NCBI GenBank assembly: GCA_035623825.1
Contig: DASPSR010000065.1
Location: forward strand, 17,224 to 81,223
Length of the DNA stretch: 64,000 nt
Reading direction: 5' to 3'
DNA from: Nitrospirota bacterium
GTDB taxonomy: Bacteria > Nitrospirota > UBA9217
Shown here: positions 30,151-40,369 of the stretch, piece by piece
Numbering within the stretch: position 1 is the stretch's first letter
Layout: each line of letters begins with the position of its first letter
Program-made: the position numbers and the translations under genes
The notes under the pieces: generated by a model
Database searches by the model: none
What the model was told of the DNA's origin: nothing
Seen by the model: the letters and a program-made list of their open reading frames with translations, nothing else

Positions 30151-30373
30151 TCTCATAGCCCGTGAGATTATGCGTTTCGCCCTTCTGAAATAAGAAGTCC
30201 GGTCCCACAAAATAGGCGCTGATCCCGCCAACATCATGAACGCGTGCTTACGCGTATCTGCGGACACGTCAACGTGCAGCTGCATCCGGGACCCCATCAA
30301 AGCACCCCGCAATGTATGATCCATCAAATCGCACCGTAAGCATCTGGCTTCAGGTCACGCGAGGATGTCAAGA

Positions 30374-31333
30374 TCACATCTGGATGATGGTCCAAAAGAG
30401 CCCTTTGATCACTTCTGCCATTCTGTCGTAATCCAATGTATCCGCTGTATCGCTCGGCTTATGATAGTTCATGTTGCGGTAAAAAGCGGTGTCGGTGATC
30501 ATGACGGCGGGATAGTCGAATTTCCAGTAACTTTGGTGGTCGGAAAAACTGACGCCGGGAATGAAGGAGATCGCTGTCAGGGATTCAACGGGGACTTGCG
30601 ATAGAGAGGCTAATGATTTTTGCACCTTTTGAACCATGCTCCCCTGCCCCCATTTCCCTACAACCGCAATGAAATTCCCTTTGTCGGGATAAAACCATCG
30701 CATGAAGATGAGGGGATATTTCTGAGAATTTGGACGATCGCTGAAATATCCGATCATCTCGAGGCAGATCATGGCTCGCACGGATACATCAGCCTGGGCA
30801 AGCGATTTGGCGTGGATGTAGCTGCCGTAATGACGGGCACAAGGATGTTTCAAAAGCTGGCCTTCTTCCAGGGTATAAGCAACGAAATCGATCCGGAATT
30901 TCGGTTCGGTCCCCAGAGGTCGGACCAGGCGGCTCAGTTCCAGGAGTCCGGCCACACCGCTGGCATTGTCATCCGCGCCCGGCTGATCACCCTGCACATC
31001 ATAATGAGCGCCGACAATGATTCTTTCCCCTCCTTCCGGGCCAAAGGAACAGATCACGTTCTTGTAAGCTTTGCCGTCCTGAGTGAACGTCTGAAACCCG
31101 GTTCGCCCACCGGCTTTACTGAATTCCTCGAAGATATATTTTGCGCTCTGGTCGAGAGAATCGGCATTCTTGGCGTTGCGAGGCGGGACCACAGCTGTCA
31201 GCCTCTGCACGTCCTTACGTAAACGCTCCCTGTCCACTTGTATATCCATCGCTTTGGCGGAATTATCCGCATTCGCTTTCATGGGTTGCCCTTTAAAAAA
31301 CTGCGGAGCCCTATCCCCCGATTTTGCGTTCAA
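30374..31333 (-). CDS. M28 family metallopeptidase (alternative start at 31282)
   Basis: IVGAHYD, PGADDNASG, TLEE, LEMIG, SDH, YHKPSDT. Confidence 0.88.
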   Translation of the reverse strand: MNAKSGDRAPQFFKGQPMKANADNSAKAMDIQVDRERLRKDVQRLTAVVPPRNAKNADSLDQSAKYIFEEFSKAGGRTGFQTFTQDGKAYKNVICSFGPEGGERIIVGAHYDVQGDQPGADDNASGVAGLLELSRLVRPLGTEPKFRIDFVAYTLEEGQLLKHPCARHYGSYIHAKSLAQADVSVRAMICLEMIGYFSDRPNSQKYPLIFMRWFYPDKGNFIAVVGKWGQGSMVQKVQKSLASLSQVPVESLTAISFIPGVSFSDHQSYWKFDYPAVMITDTAFYRNMNYHKPSDTADTLDYDRMAEVIKGLFWTIIQM

Positions 31334-32238
31334 CGGTACTTGATGAACCTGCCGGTCTGATACTCCTCAAAGGCGACTCGCAGCTCCTCTTCCGTGTTCA
31401 TCACGATCGGGCCGTACCAAGCCACGGGCTCTTTGATCGGCTTGCCCGAGATGAGCAGGAAGCGGACAGGATCACCCTGCGTTGTGACCGACACCTGGTC
31501 GCCGTCGCCAAAGAGAACGAGCATCCCGTTCCGTGTAAAGGGTTCTCTCTGCATATCGAAATAGTTGACACCCTCGGCGTCGTAAGCAAAGGGGTCCTTC
31601 TCGTTGCAGAAGAGACCTTTCCCTTCGATGACGTACGCGAACACCGTGTGGCCGGGCTTCGTCCTATGCGTGAAGCCGGACTTGGAAGGAACCGACACGT
31701 CGAGGTATTCCGGGTCGATCACAATGTCCCGGACCGGTCCCTGTTTGCCATCCACCGCACCGGAGATGATCCTGATCTTCGCACCGTCCTTCAGCACCAT
31801 TTCGGGGACCTGCTCGCTCTTTACATCCCGGTAGCGGGGGTCCATCATCTTGTGAGATTTTGGGAGATTGGCCCAGAGCTGAAACCCCTCCATCACCCCC
31901 TCCGGATCTCCCTTGGGCATTTCCTGGTGGATGATGCCGCTGCCCGCCGTCATCCACTGTGTATCGCCGGAGGAGATAACGCCCTTGTTTCCCATACTGT
32001 CGCCGTGTTCAACGTCTCCCTTGAGGACATAAGTGATCGTCTCGATCCCTCGATGGGGGTGCCACGGGAATCCTTTGATATAATGATCGGGATTGTCTGA
32101 GCGGAAATCGTCGAGGAGCAGGAACGGGTCGAACAGCGGGACCTCGCTGTATCCAAATACCCTGTGAAGGTGCACACCAGCTCCTTCGAGTGTGGGTTTG
32201 CTTTTGATGACCTTGCGGATCTTTCTGGTTTTAGCCAT
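31330..32238 (-). CDS. Pirin family protein
   Basis: DPFLLLD, GFPWHPHRGIET, WMTAGSGIIHQE, YGPIVMN. Confidence 0.95.
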   Translation of the reverse strand: MAKTRKIRKVIKSKPTLEGAGVHLHRVFGYSEVPLFDPFLLLDDFRSDNPDHYIKGFPWHPHRGIETITYVLKGDVEHGDSMGNKGVISSGDTQWMTAGSGIIHQEMPKGDPEGVMEGFQLWANLPKSHKMMDPRYRDVKSEQVPEMVLKDGAKIRIISGAVDGKQGPVRDIVIDPEYLDVSVPSKSGFTHRTKPGHTVFAYVIEGKGLFCNEKDPFAYDAEGVNYFDMQREPFTRNGMLVLFGDGDQVSVTTQGDPVRFLLISGKPIKEPVAWYGPIVMNTEEELRVAFEEYQTGRFIKYR

Positions 32239-32384
32239 GGTTGACCTCCAATGAAGATTGCCCCGGAATGTGTCTCCGTAATAAGCAGAACATGCAGCTC
32301 CTCTGTAACCTCATGGTGGTCTCAAGGACGATGATCCAAGCTGATGATCGATGCCCGATGCTCCCGATGCTTCAGGCACTTGCG

Positions 32385-33305
32385 TCAGCCTTGTTCCAGA
32401 ATCCTCCTTAAGCGTTGCGCATATCTTTCGCCGTCATCATCATCCGTGACTATTTCGATGTCCTCGGGCCGGGAGGCGCCGAGGCAGAGATCAGCGGCCC
32501 GCGCTATCTGTTCCTGCTCGAAAACCCTTTTATTCATGATCGCCTTGTTGCTGCCCAGCTCTTTTAAGACGGCAATCCCCACCGCGTCGATCGCGATCCG
32601 GTCGCTTCCGGCGATGATGACATCTCCTTTCTTCCTCGTCCCCTTCCCAGGGCCGCCGTCCACGAAGGCCTCGATCCCGTCCAGGAGTATCAATGACGGG
32701 GTGTAGGCCTGGTTTATCTCGGCAATCATCTTCCGCATGTTAAGAAAAGACGAATGGAGTTCTGTCATGTTCCTTTTGCGGGTGAACCCCACGGAGAGCT
32801 TCAGTGACAGGGTAAAAACCCCTCCGTAGCCGTGGGTCTTAATGCAGCACGTACTGACGATGCACTCCGAATCGAGCACGGGCTTGGCCACATCAAAACC
32901 ATTGATCCAATGGCTTTGTTTCGGCTTGATGCGCACCCAGGCCTCTGAAGGGAGTTCTTCAAAATTGATGAGGCCGACACCGAGCCTCCTGCACAGATCG
33001 TAGATCCCCTTTTCCTTCAGGACGTCCTCTGTGGCGGGAGGGCCGCTCCGTTCGCCGATGGTGATGCTCTTTGCGCCCATGGAGCGGAGATGAAGGATCA
33101 GGTTCGTCAGGGTATCGTTATGGGTCGAGCCCGGGAAGGGGTCTGCAGTGTTGAAGTTCGGTTTAAGCAGAACGTCCTTCCCCTTCACCGGGTTTATCCT
33201 GAGGAGATCGATGGCCCTTTTTACCCCCGCTGCCCTGTCAGATGTCCTGACGAGAGAAATTGTTGCTTTTCCGCCGCTTGGGTTTCTCTGCGCCTGTCCG
33301 GCCAT
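32385..33305 (-). CDS. DUF362 domain protein
   Basis: VLLKPNF, KTH...TLSLK, LDGIEAF..GGP, GSDRIAIDA. Confidence 0.88.
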   Translation of the reverse strand: MAGQAQRNPSGGKATISLVRTSDRAAGVKRAIDLLRINPVKGKDVLLKPNFNTADPFPGSTHNDTLTNLILHLRSMGAKSITIGERSGPPATEDVLKEKGIYDLCRRLGVGLINFEELPSEAWVRIKPKQSHWINGFDVAKPVLDSECIVSTCCIKTHGYGGVFTLSLKLSVGFTRKRNMTELHSSFLNMRKMIAEINQAYTPSLILLDGIEAFVDGGPGKGTRKKGDVIIAGSDRIAIDAVGIAVLKELGSNKAIMNKRVFEQEQIARAADLCLGASRPEDIEIVTDDDDGERYAQRLRRILEQG

Positions 33306-33383
33306 GGATGCCTCTCCTCTTCATCGTTCCGCGGCCGCGGTGATCAGGAATTCGCGCCCGTTTGCCGTGCGCGGGACCTTTCT

Positions 33384-34043
33384 CTACTTTTTTGGATATC
33401 CGACAGTTTGAGCGAGAATGATCTTCTGGTCAGTCCGCAGTTTCATCGCCTTTGCAAGGGCCTCCCGGTCGATGGATCCGCGCACCACCGTTGACAAACC
33501 CTCAGAGGCACAGAACAGGTAAACATTTTCGCCGATAAAGCCCGTATCGGCAGCTGAATAAAGCTCCTTATCCTGCTGTGACGCTGTTGTCCCCATGCGT
33601 GAAAAGTCTGCCACGTAGATCAGGTTGACGGGGGCTTCTTTCACGAACGGCTGAAGGCCTGTCAGAACCCGGATGTCCTCTGCGAGGACCGTCTGCAACT
33701 GGTGCCCTCTCGAGTCATACAGGTAGAGACCGTCGGCGGTCGCAACATAGATATCGATCTCCTGCCAGTTCATGGCCGACGGTGCTGTTCTCTTTCCCGA
33801 ATCAGGCCGGTTTATCCCGAACGCCGCCCAGAGGAGATTCGAAAGCATCTGGAGCGGCAGTTTCCCGGAGCTGAATGACCGGGAAGAGCTTCTGTCTCTC
33901 AGCACCTGCATGAGTGGTCTCCCTCCGTCCATTTGAGGCTTCAAGAGCTGTACTGGCATAGACTTCTCTGCAAATGGTGCCGAGGCACACAGGAGTGAAA
34001 CTGCCACGAGCGATGACGCAAGAAGTAAGGAAGTTTTGTTCAT
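33384..34043 (-). CDS. SagB/ThcOx-like nitroreductase family flavoprotein with signal peptide
   Basis: RSSSRSF, LSNLLWAAFGIN, RTAPSA, ENVYLFCASEGL, AQTVGYP. Confidence 0.88.
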   Translation of the reverse strand: MNKTSLLLASSLVAVSLLCASAPFAEKSMPVQLLKPQMDGGRPLMQVLRDRSSSRSFSSGKLPLQMLSNLLWAAFGINRPDSGKRTAPSAMNWQEIDIYVATADGLYLYDSRGHQLQTVLAEDIRVLTGLQPFVKEAPVNLIYVADFSRMGTTASQQDKELYSAADTGFIGENVYLFCASEGLSTVVRGSIDREALAKAMKLRTDQKIILAQTVGYPKK

Positions 34044-34391
34044 GATCGTCCTCCGGAAGGAATGAGCGTGCAATGATGTGCCGCTGTCGGACTTCTCCGC
34101 CGATGATCGTCGTGCAGGAGATTTACGACCGCCAGCGCGAAAAGCTGATAAGGATTGTTACCTATACAAATAGCTCAGAGTAGCCGAAAAGGCAAGGTCA
34201 GGCAGCTAAAGACGTAAGACTAAAGATGCAAAAACGGCTATTATGCGCGTGTTTATTCACCGCTGAAGGACCACGCTCCGCACAGGAATCGCATGTTATG
34301 GGTGAAAAAGAAGTTGTTGTTTATTAATAAGATTGCATATTTTCTTCTCACACGAGGCGCACCATTCCGCCCAACAGGTAGCAAACATATG

Positions 34392-34420
34392 TTGACTTTA
34401 AAAGGATAAAGTGGGAAAAT
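34392..34420 (+). promoter_or_regulatory. Putative sigma70 promoter for 34518
   Basis: TTGACT-17 bp-GAAAAT with TG extension. Confidence 0.4.
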
Positions 34421-34517
34421 AGCACCATATTTCATATGGGTCGCACGGTCAGGCCGCAAGGACAGTTGTCTTTGTGGCATTTTTGTTGAAAACGGCGAGA
34501 ACCCGAAAAGGGGAAAA

Positions 34518-34904
34518 ATGTCACATAGGCAAAATTATCTGGAAAAGATGGAACTGAAGAAGAACGCGATGCACGCCGCGGGGCTTGTCTCAGAACGATT
34601 GCCCAGCGTTTCGAGCATCGTATTCCGCATGACCTATTACCAGAGAGCGGCAGATCCGGTCCTGATGAAGCGTACCGTCAACTTCTTTCCGACCGATTAT
34701 GCCTGCTTTCGCATGGACTGCGTGCGAGAAGAGTGTATTGACGGAGGTTTTGACCTGACCCCGGTGGTCGCCCGCCTCGTTAAAGACCATAAGAAATCAG
34801 TCAAGGGGAAGATCGTTTGTTGTGGAAAAAGTGACAACCTGCGCTTTGGCCACGCAAGCATCTCTTACGAAGTCAGCATTCAGTATAACAAACAGGCTAA
34901 ATAG
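34518..34904 (+). CDS. Hypothetical protein (Cys/His-containing)
   Basis: 128-aa ORF with AAGGGG RBS and upstream promoter; C...C....C and CC.....H pattern. Confidence 0.7.
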   Translation: MSHRQNYLEKMELKKNAMHAAGLVSERLPSVSSIVFRMTYYQRAADPVLMKRTVNFFPTDYACFRMDCVREECIDGGFDLTPVVARLVKDHKKSVKGKIVCCGKSDNLRFGHASISYEVSIQYNKQAK

Positions 34905-35010
34905 CGCCCTTTCATTGTTCACTGATCTGTAGATCCGGTTTCGAGAATTTTAAAAGCAGCTTCAATGCTGTCTTGTCTATCCACTCCTGACCCTCGGCGG
35001 GTTCTGCGGT

Positions 35011-35634
35011 TCACGTCATTAACCGAACTTTCATCTCCACTGGTTGTTTATGCGGACTGCTGCCGACCTTGGCAGGGCGGCCCACGGGCACAACGGCCAT
35101 GAACTCTCCCTCAGGCTCGCCGAGGAACCGGAGGACATCGTCCTTGATGAGATACAGGATACCGAGCCAGACCGTCCCGAGGCCGAGAGAGGTGGCTGCA
35201 AGAAGAATGTTCTGAACGGCCGCCGCCGAACTCTGTATCTCCATCGTCCTGAAGAAATCGTGGGCCATCTCTTTTTCGACCTTGAAAAGCTCGGTCCCGT
35301 GCCTTATGAGGTCGCCCGTGTTCGCCACGGCGATGACAACCGGCGCCGAGATGATGCTTTTCGCTCCCATCCGGAGGAGGGCCGCAGCCGGCTTGGGAAA
35401 TGTTGCCGACCGCGTCGTCACGAGCTGCGCCAGCTCCTGCTTCTTATCACCCCGAAGGATGATGAAACGCCACGCCTGCTGGTTGTGGGCTGACGGCGCC
35501 TGGTTGGCTGCCTGAAGAAGGACCCCGATCTCCTCTTCGGTCACGTGGTCTTTAGCGAAAGTCCTGACGCTGCGTCGGCTCTTGATTGTCTTGAGCGTAT
35601 CATTTCGGGCAAGAACGGAATCATCGGGCAGCAT
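35011..35634 (-). CDS. Nitroreductase family protein
   Basis: IKSRRSVR, APSAHNQQAWRF, AAVQNILLAATSLGLGTVW. Confidence 0.92.
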   Translation of the reverse strand: MLPDDSVLARNDTLKTIKSRRSVRTFAKDHVTEEEIGVLLQAANQAPSAHNQQAWRFIILRGDKKQELAQLVTTRSATFPKPAAALLRMGAKSIISAPVVIAVANTGDLIRHGTELFKVEKEMAHDFFRTMEIQSSAAAVQNILLAATSLGLGTVWLGILYLIKDDVLRFLGEPEGEFMAVVPVGRPAKVGSSPHKQPVEMKVRLMT

Positions 35635-35892
35635 GACGGGCCTCCTTATTCAGCGTGATGTCTCGTCAGACAAATCGTCATGAACATATCAGACGACGCG
35701 GGTGAAGTCAAGCATGACCGACAGTGCATCAAGGGAAAAGGACGGCTTCAGAGGGGACAAGATGATGATGCTGATATATCCATTCTATGGTCTTGATACA
35801 GTCGATCTCCCAGGACGACTTGTCGTCCCTGATCCCTCGCGACGCACTCGCCTCGCCATCATGCTATAATAGGAATACGCCCTGTTCCGAAC

Positions 35893-35920
35893 ACTCACTC
35901 TGAATAACTCACTCTGAATA
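35893..35920. repeat. Perfect 14-bp tandem duplication (actcactctgaata x2)
   Basis: Directly visible in the divergent intergenic region. Confidence 0.9.
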
Positions 35921-36054
35921 TCCCCGAGCAATCGGCATATTTTACTTCAGGGAACGGCCGGGCTGAAGGTAGGCTTTTGCGGGTACCACGAGGCCAATCC
36001 ACTTTCTCATCCCTGCTGAAAGAGAAAGAAACTGCCTGCAATTTTCAGGTCATC

Positions 36055-36489
36055 ATGGGGAGGCTTCCGCTAAACAAGTTACTCATCGCATTTGACGGTT
36101 CTGATCAGTCCTACAGGGCATTCGACTTCGCCCTGCAAATGTACCGGGTCTGCGGCGAGTCTCCCGAGATTACCGTGCTCTCAGTGGCGGAGCCGCCCGA
36201 GCCTTCGGGAATCATCAAGGGAGACTCCTTCCTTGACAGCGCCAACAAGCTCTATGAACATCTATTCAAGGGGCTTCGGGAAAAAGCGAGCAAAGCAAAC
36301 CTTGAAATCAAAACCGGTGTCATCGTCGGCCATGCAGCGCATGAGATCATAAAATACGCCGCAGAGAGGAAAATCGACATTATAATCGTGGGGCAGCGCG
36401 GCAGGTCTAAGGTTGCCAAATGGCTATTGGGTTCCGTGTCAAAGAGGATAGCGACGCATGCGCCGTGTACGGTCGCAATCGTGAAATGA
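36055..36489 (+). CDS. Universal stress protein; start uncertain
   Basis: KLLIAFDGS, GHAAHEII, DIIIVGQRGRS...LLGSVS, HAPCTVAIVK. Confidence 0.85.
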   Translation: MGRLPLNKLLIAFDGSDQSYRAFDFALQMYRVCGESPEITVLSVAEPPEPSGIIKGDSFLDSANKLYEHLFKGLREKASKANLEIKTGVIVGHAAHEIIKYAAERKIDIIIVGQRGRSKVAKWLLGSVSKRIATHAPCTVAIVK

Positions 36490-36653
36490 TCGTTGCGCTT
36501 GAGTTCGCCATCCGATGAAAAATGAACTTTCGCTCATAGTAGCCCCCCGAAAACGCCCGGTTTGGCAACATGGCGCCTCAAACGGCCCTTGTCGATACCG
36601 CGTCGGGCGCCGTCGCATCCTCTACGTCCGTTCTTCCAGTATTGAGAATTGAT

Positions 36654-39131
36654 TCAATCAGGTGTGTGCTCGGCAGGTATTACCTTGACCTCTATTGGCC
36701 GGACAGAGTCAAGATGGATGTCCCGCTGCGGGAAGGCGATAACGATACCGGCCTTATTGAGCAGCACGGTGATGTGATGTCGAATATCGCTCAATATGAC
36801 TCGGTTGTCCTTGTCAGGCTCCAGATCGAGCCAGAAATAGACTGTAAAAGTGAGTGAGCTGTCGGTAAATTGTTCCAGTAAGATGACGGGCGCGGGATCT
36901 TTCAGCACAAGGCCGTGGTCCTCTACGGCATTCAAAATCAGCTCCGATGCCTTTCGTGTGTCCGTGCTGTATGCTACGCCTACAGAGATTGAATAGCGCA
37001 TTCTCTTGTCGGAAAGCGTCCAGTTTGTGACCTTTTGCTGGAGAAACTGGCTGTTGGGGACCAGCAGTTCCACCCCATCGAAGCGCTTGATAATGGAACT
37101 TCTCAGCCCGATGGATGTTACCCGTCCTGCCTCGCCGTCAACCTCAACGACATCGCCCAGTTTGACGGAACGGTCAAAGAGGAGGATCAATCCGCTGATG
37201 AAGTTATTGATGAGATGCTGCCCCCCGAAGCCGATACCGATGGCAAGTGCGCCGCCGAGGAAGGTGAACACCGCCAGGGGGATATTCACAAAGACCAGGG
37301 AGATGACGAAGATCCCGATGAACATAAAAAGAAAAACGACCTTGCTCGCCTGCTCCGCCGCACTTTCAGTCTGCCGGAATCTTCTGGTTATGATCCACCG
37401 TATCGGCTTGATGAGCCGATATGCAGCCCACGTGCCGACTACGAGGAGAATCAGGGCCTTGATCACTTTTCCAACGGTAACGCCTATCGGTCTTGCGATC
37501 CTGCTGCCCTCAGCTATAACCGTCTCCTCAGCAACATAAAGTTCGGTATTCCAAACGCTCTTCAGTAGGGACCCGACGACCGCGAATATCTTTTTTATGT
37601 GGCTCTTCAGCGGCGCATGCTGCTGCCGGTCATTAAGCTCACTGTACAGGCGATTGGCAAGCCGTTCACCTCGGGCAAGGTACTCTGAAGCCCTCAACAG
37701 CATTGCTTGGCGCTCCTCGTAGGCATTAAGAATGATGCGGTCCTGACGCCGCTCAGCCTCTGTTTTATCAGTCTCGTTCAGTTTCTCTCTCTGGCTCTGG
37801 ACCAGGGCCACCCAGTTCGAAAGCCTGTCCTCGATGTCTTTTTTCCAGAGCTTAATCCCATCCAGGGTCCGCTTGGTCCACTCCAATTTTTCATTGATCT
37901 CCTGAAGGTCGCTGTTTTGGGTGAGCCAATAGCGGTCTTCCCATATGGTCTGTGCGGTATCCAGCATTTGCATCATGCCCTTGAGGAATCTGATCTTCGC
38001 ACTGTTGGCCTCTACAACGGTCTCTTGTGCGGAGACCGCGGGTTGGAGGCGGTTCAGCTCCGCAAGCAGTCTCGGGGTAGGCTGCTTGCCCTGACCGATT
38101 TTTTCCCGGACCTTGGCCAGGGCGTCGCGAGCCTGCTGCAGGCCCTTCCTTGCGTCCGCATCATTTCTCAGAGCTTTACTAAGCTCGTCCTCAAGACCCC
38201 TTCGCTGTCCATCCAGCTCCTGAAGCTTTTTCTCAAGATCAGATTTCGAGAGTGGAGAGGCTTTTTCGGCAATATCTAATTTCAACTGGAGAAACTTGAC
38301 ATACTGTTTGCTGTCCTTAAGGACTTCTTCAAGGACGAGTCTCTGGGTCTCTGCGCACGTGGTACCTGCCTCGTTCAGGTCGTTCTGCAACTTTGCCATG
38401 TCCCTTATCCAGCGCCGCCGTGGTTCCTCGGAAGTCCCCTTGCTCTTGTCAAGGAGCTCTTCTGCGAGACGGACCTCTTTCTGGCTGTTTTTCAGGCCCT
38501 TGGAATACGACTGCAGGTCGCCCATGGCGACCTTGAGCCTCACTTCAAGAGTCTGCATGTCGAGATTCTGAGCAAGTATCGAGTCATGCAAGTTGTCGAG
38601 AAACGATATGGGGAAAGGAGGCTTTTCGGTGAATCCCTGCCAAGCGTTTATCTCTGCGGTACGATCGCGGTGTTCTTTTCGTCTTTCCTTGAGCTCTTTT
38701 AATATTTCAACATTCTTGTTAAGAGTGTTCTCAAGTTCGCTCAAGAGCTTCTGGCGTTTTCTCAGATCATCGGGCGTCGCTATGAGCAGCTCTGCATCCT
38801 TTGTCCTTAACGCCTCCGCCGCTGAGCTGGACAAATTACGGAGGTCTTCGATTCGGGATTCAAGATGGTCTACATTGTTATCAATTTCCTCATCCGCGAC
38901 AGGAAGCGCAACGCCCTTCAGTGATTTCGGACTCGTATCCTTATTCGCAATGACCTGCGGGAGTTGCTGAGCCCGGAGAGCAGCAGGCTGGCATAAAAAG
39001 AAAACCGTGAATAATAAGAGGGCGCAGGAGAGCTTCACCCGGCATTGCCCGGGGATAATATCGCTCAAACGTTTGATCGTAATCCGTTTCATAACGCAGC
39101 TAGCCCTCAAGTCGATTTGTTGTCTGTTCAA
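36654..39131 (-). CDS. MscS-family mechanosensitive channel with long periplasmic coiled-coil domain; start uncertain
   Basis: GALAIGIGFGGQ..NNFISGLILL, GDVVEV, VPNS, VTNWT, IAFPQRDIH. Confidence 0.9.
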   Translation of the reverse strand: MNRQQIDLRASCVMKRITIKRLSDIIPGQCRVKLSCALLLFTVFFLCQPAALRAQQLPQVIANKDTSPKSLKGVALPVADEEIDNNVDHLESRIEDLRNLSSSAAEALRTKDAELLIATPDDLRKRQKLLSELENTLNKNVEILKELKERRKEHRDRTAEINAWQGFTEKPPFPISFLDNLHDSILAQNLDMQTLEVRLKVAMGDLQSYSKGLKNSQKEVRLAEELLDKSKGTSEEPRRRWIRDMAKLQNDLNEAGTTCAETQRLVLEEVLKDSKQYVKFLQLKLDIAEKASPLSKSDLEKKLQELDGQRRGLEDELSKALRNDADARKGLQQARDALAKVREKIGQGKQPTPRLLAELNRLQPAVSAQETVVEANSAKIRFLKGMMQMLDTAQTIWEDRYWLTQNSDLQEINEKLEWTKRTLDGIKLWKKDIEDRLSNWVALVQSQREKLNETDKTEAERRQDRIILNAYEERQAMLLRASEYLARGERLANRLYSELNDRQQHAPLKSHIKKIFAVVGSLLKSVWNTELYVAEETVIAEGSRIARPIGVTVGKVIKALILLVVGTWAAYRLIKPIRWIITRRFRQTESAAEQASKVVFLFMFIGIFVISLVFVNIPLAVFTFLGGALAIGIGFGGQHLINNFISGLILLFDRSVKLGDVVEVDGEAGRVTSIGLRSSIIKRFDGVELLVPNSQFLQQKVTNWTLSDKRMRYSISVGVAYSTDTRKASELILNAVEDHGLVLKDPAPVILLEQFTDSSLTFTVYFWLDLEPDKDNRVILSDIRHHITVLLNKAGIVIAFPQRDIHLDSVRPIEVKVIPAEHTPD

Positions 39132-39511
39132 CTATCTCTCGTTGAGCAGATTTTTTGACCACGTTGTTTCCGCTGGATCCCGTAAAACCACCGGACCATG
39201 CAATGTGCAGACTATAAACGGAAACAATTATTTTGTCAATCTGCCGTTCTTGTGAACTCGTAGATGCCGACCGGACCACGGGGTTCTGAGCAGAGTACCA
39301 TCACAACAAAGAAGAAGCATCAGGAGGTTCCGCCTTTGGAGCATCATATGGATATTTGCTCTCCGCGAGACTGACCTGATTTAGGCAATCTGCAGAGCCG
39401 GTATCGAAGCCAAGGGCGGAACGTTCGGGCAGTATTCGTCGGAATCGACAATGGCTAATCTCTTGAGAAGAAACATTTAGGGAAAAAGCTGATAATGTGG
39501 TTTTTCGCCAC

Positions 39512-39539
39512 TTGCTACTGCAAGCACTTATGGTATGAT
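39512..39539 (+). promoter_or_regulatory. Putative sigma70 extended -10 promoter for 39623
   Basis: TTGCTA-16 bp-TATGAT, preceded by TGn. Confidence 0.4.
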
Positions 39540-39622
39540 AGTATTTTATAAAGCAAGTTCAGCATATCGTTCGACTCGATTCTCAAAACACAACCAAACC
39601 AACCACTACGAAAGGAGAAGAC

Positions 39623-40186
39623 ATGTCAGGCAACCCTACCATAGGCATAGCGGCATCAACTGAGAAAATCGGTAAGGCGGGATTGGCCGTCAGAAGAGGC
39701 GTCATCAGAAGCCTCAATGGGATAGATGAGATCGAGTCTGAAATCGTCAGCCTTGTGCGAACTATTGTCTCCGATTCGCTTCAGGCAGCAAGATCCGTCC
39801 CGGGCGAATCGGTCGGGATTATCAAAGACATAGTCACGGGTTCAATCCAGGCCGCGGAAGAGTTCGATGCCGGACTGATCCTGAGCATAAAAAGCGTAGC
39901 GAAAGGGATCATGATGGGAGCGAGCGATGTCGACCGAGACTTGGTTTCGGTTGCAGGCTTGACGCTCAAAGGTATTGTCAGGGGCTCGGCCGAGAACGGC
40001 GCAGACATTGAGCTGGTGACGCGGCGGGCTGTCCAAGGCGTGCTTGAAGCCACGAGAGACGTCGGTGGCAACGTGGAAGAAGTCGCAAGGGCTTCCGTGG
40101 TGGGTGCTGTCGGCGCCGCCGCCTCGATCGGCAACACGTCAGTCGAGGCAGCCAGGGATATCATGGCCGTGTCATTGTTGAGGTAA
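39623..40186 (+). CDS. Hypothetical Ala/Gly/Val-rich helical-repeat protein
   Basis: AAGGAG RBS; roughly 22-aa periodic amphipathic helices. Confidence 0.75.
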   Translation: MSGNPTIGIAASTEKIGKAGLAVRRGVIRSLNGIDEIESEIVSLVRTIVSDSLQAARSVPGESVGIIKDIVTGSIQAAEEFDAGLILSIKSVAKGIMMGASDVDRDLVSVAGLTLKGIVRGSAENGADIELVTRRAVQGVLEATRDVGGNVEEVARASVVGAVGAAASIGNTSVEAARDIMAVSLLR

Positions 40187-40369
40187 AGGGGATAGCCAGC
40201 AACGCAGTCCTCAGGGCGAGGGCAGCTTGATCTGCAAGCATTAGAGCGGCCGACGGGTCCCTACCTGTCCAAATTGAGAAATGCCCCTTTATTTTTTTCA
40301 AAAAAGACCGAAAAAGTAGTAAAATACCGCATTAGGTATCACAAAACCCACAAGAGGGAGCTGTTCATA

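Noticed and set aside
33321-33323. In-frame TGA upstream of DUF362 as selenocysteine
   Set aside because: It lies in a signal-peptide-like region with no upstream start codon and no Cys-equivalent position
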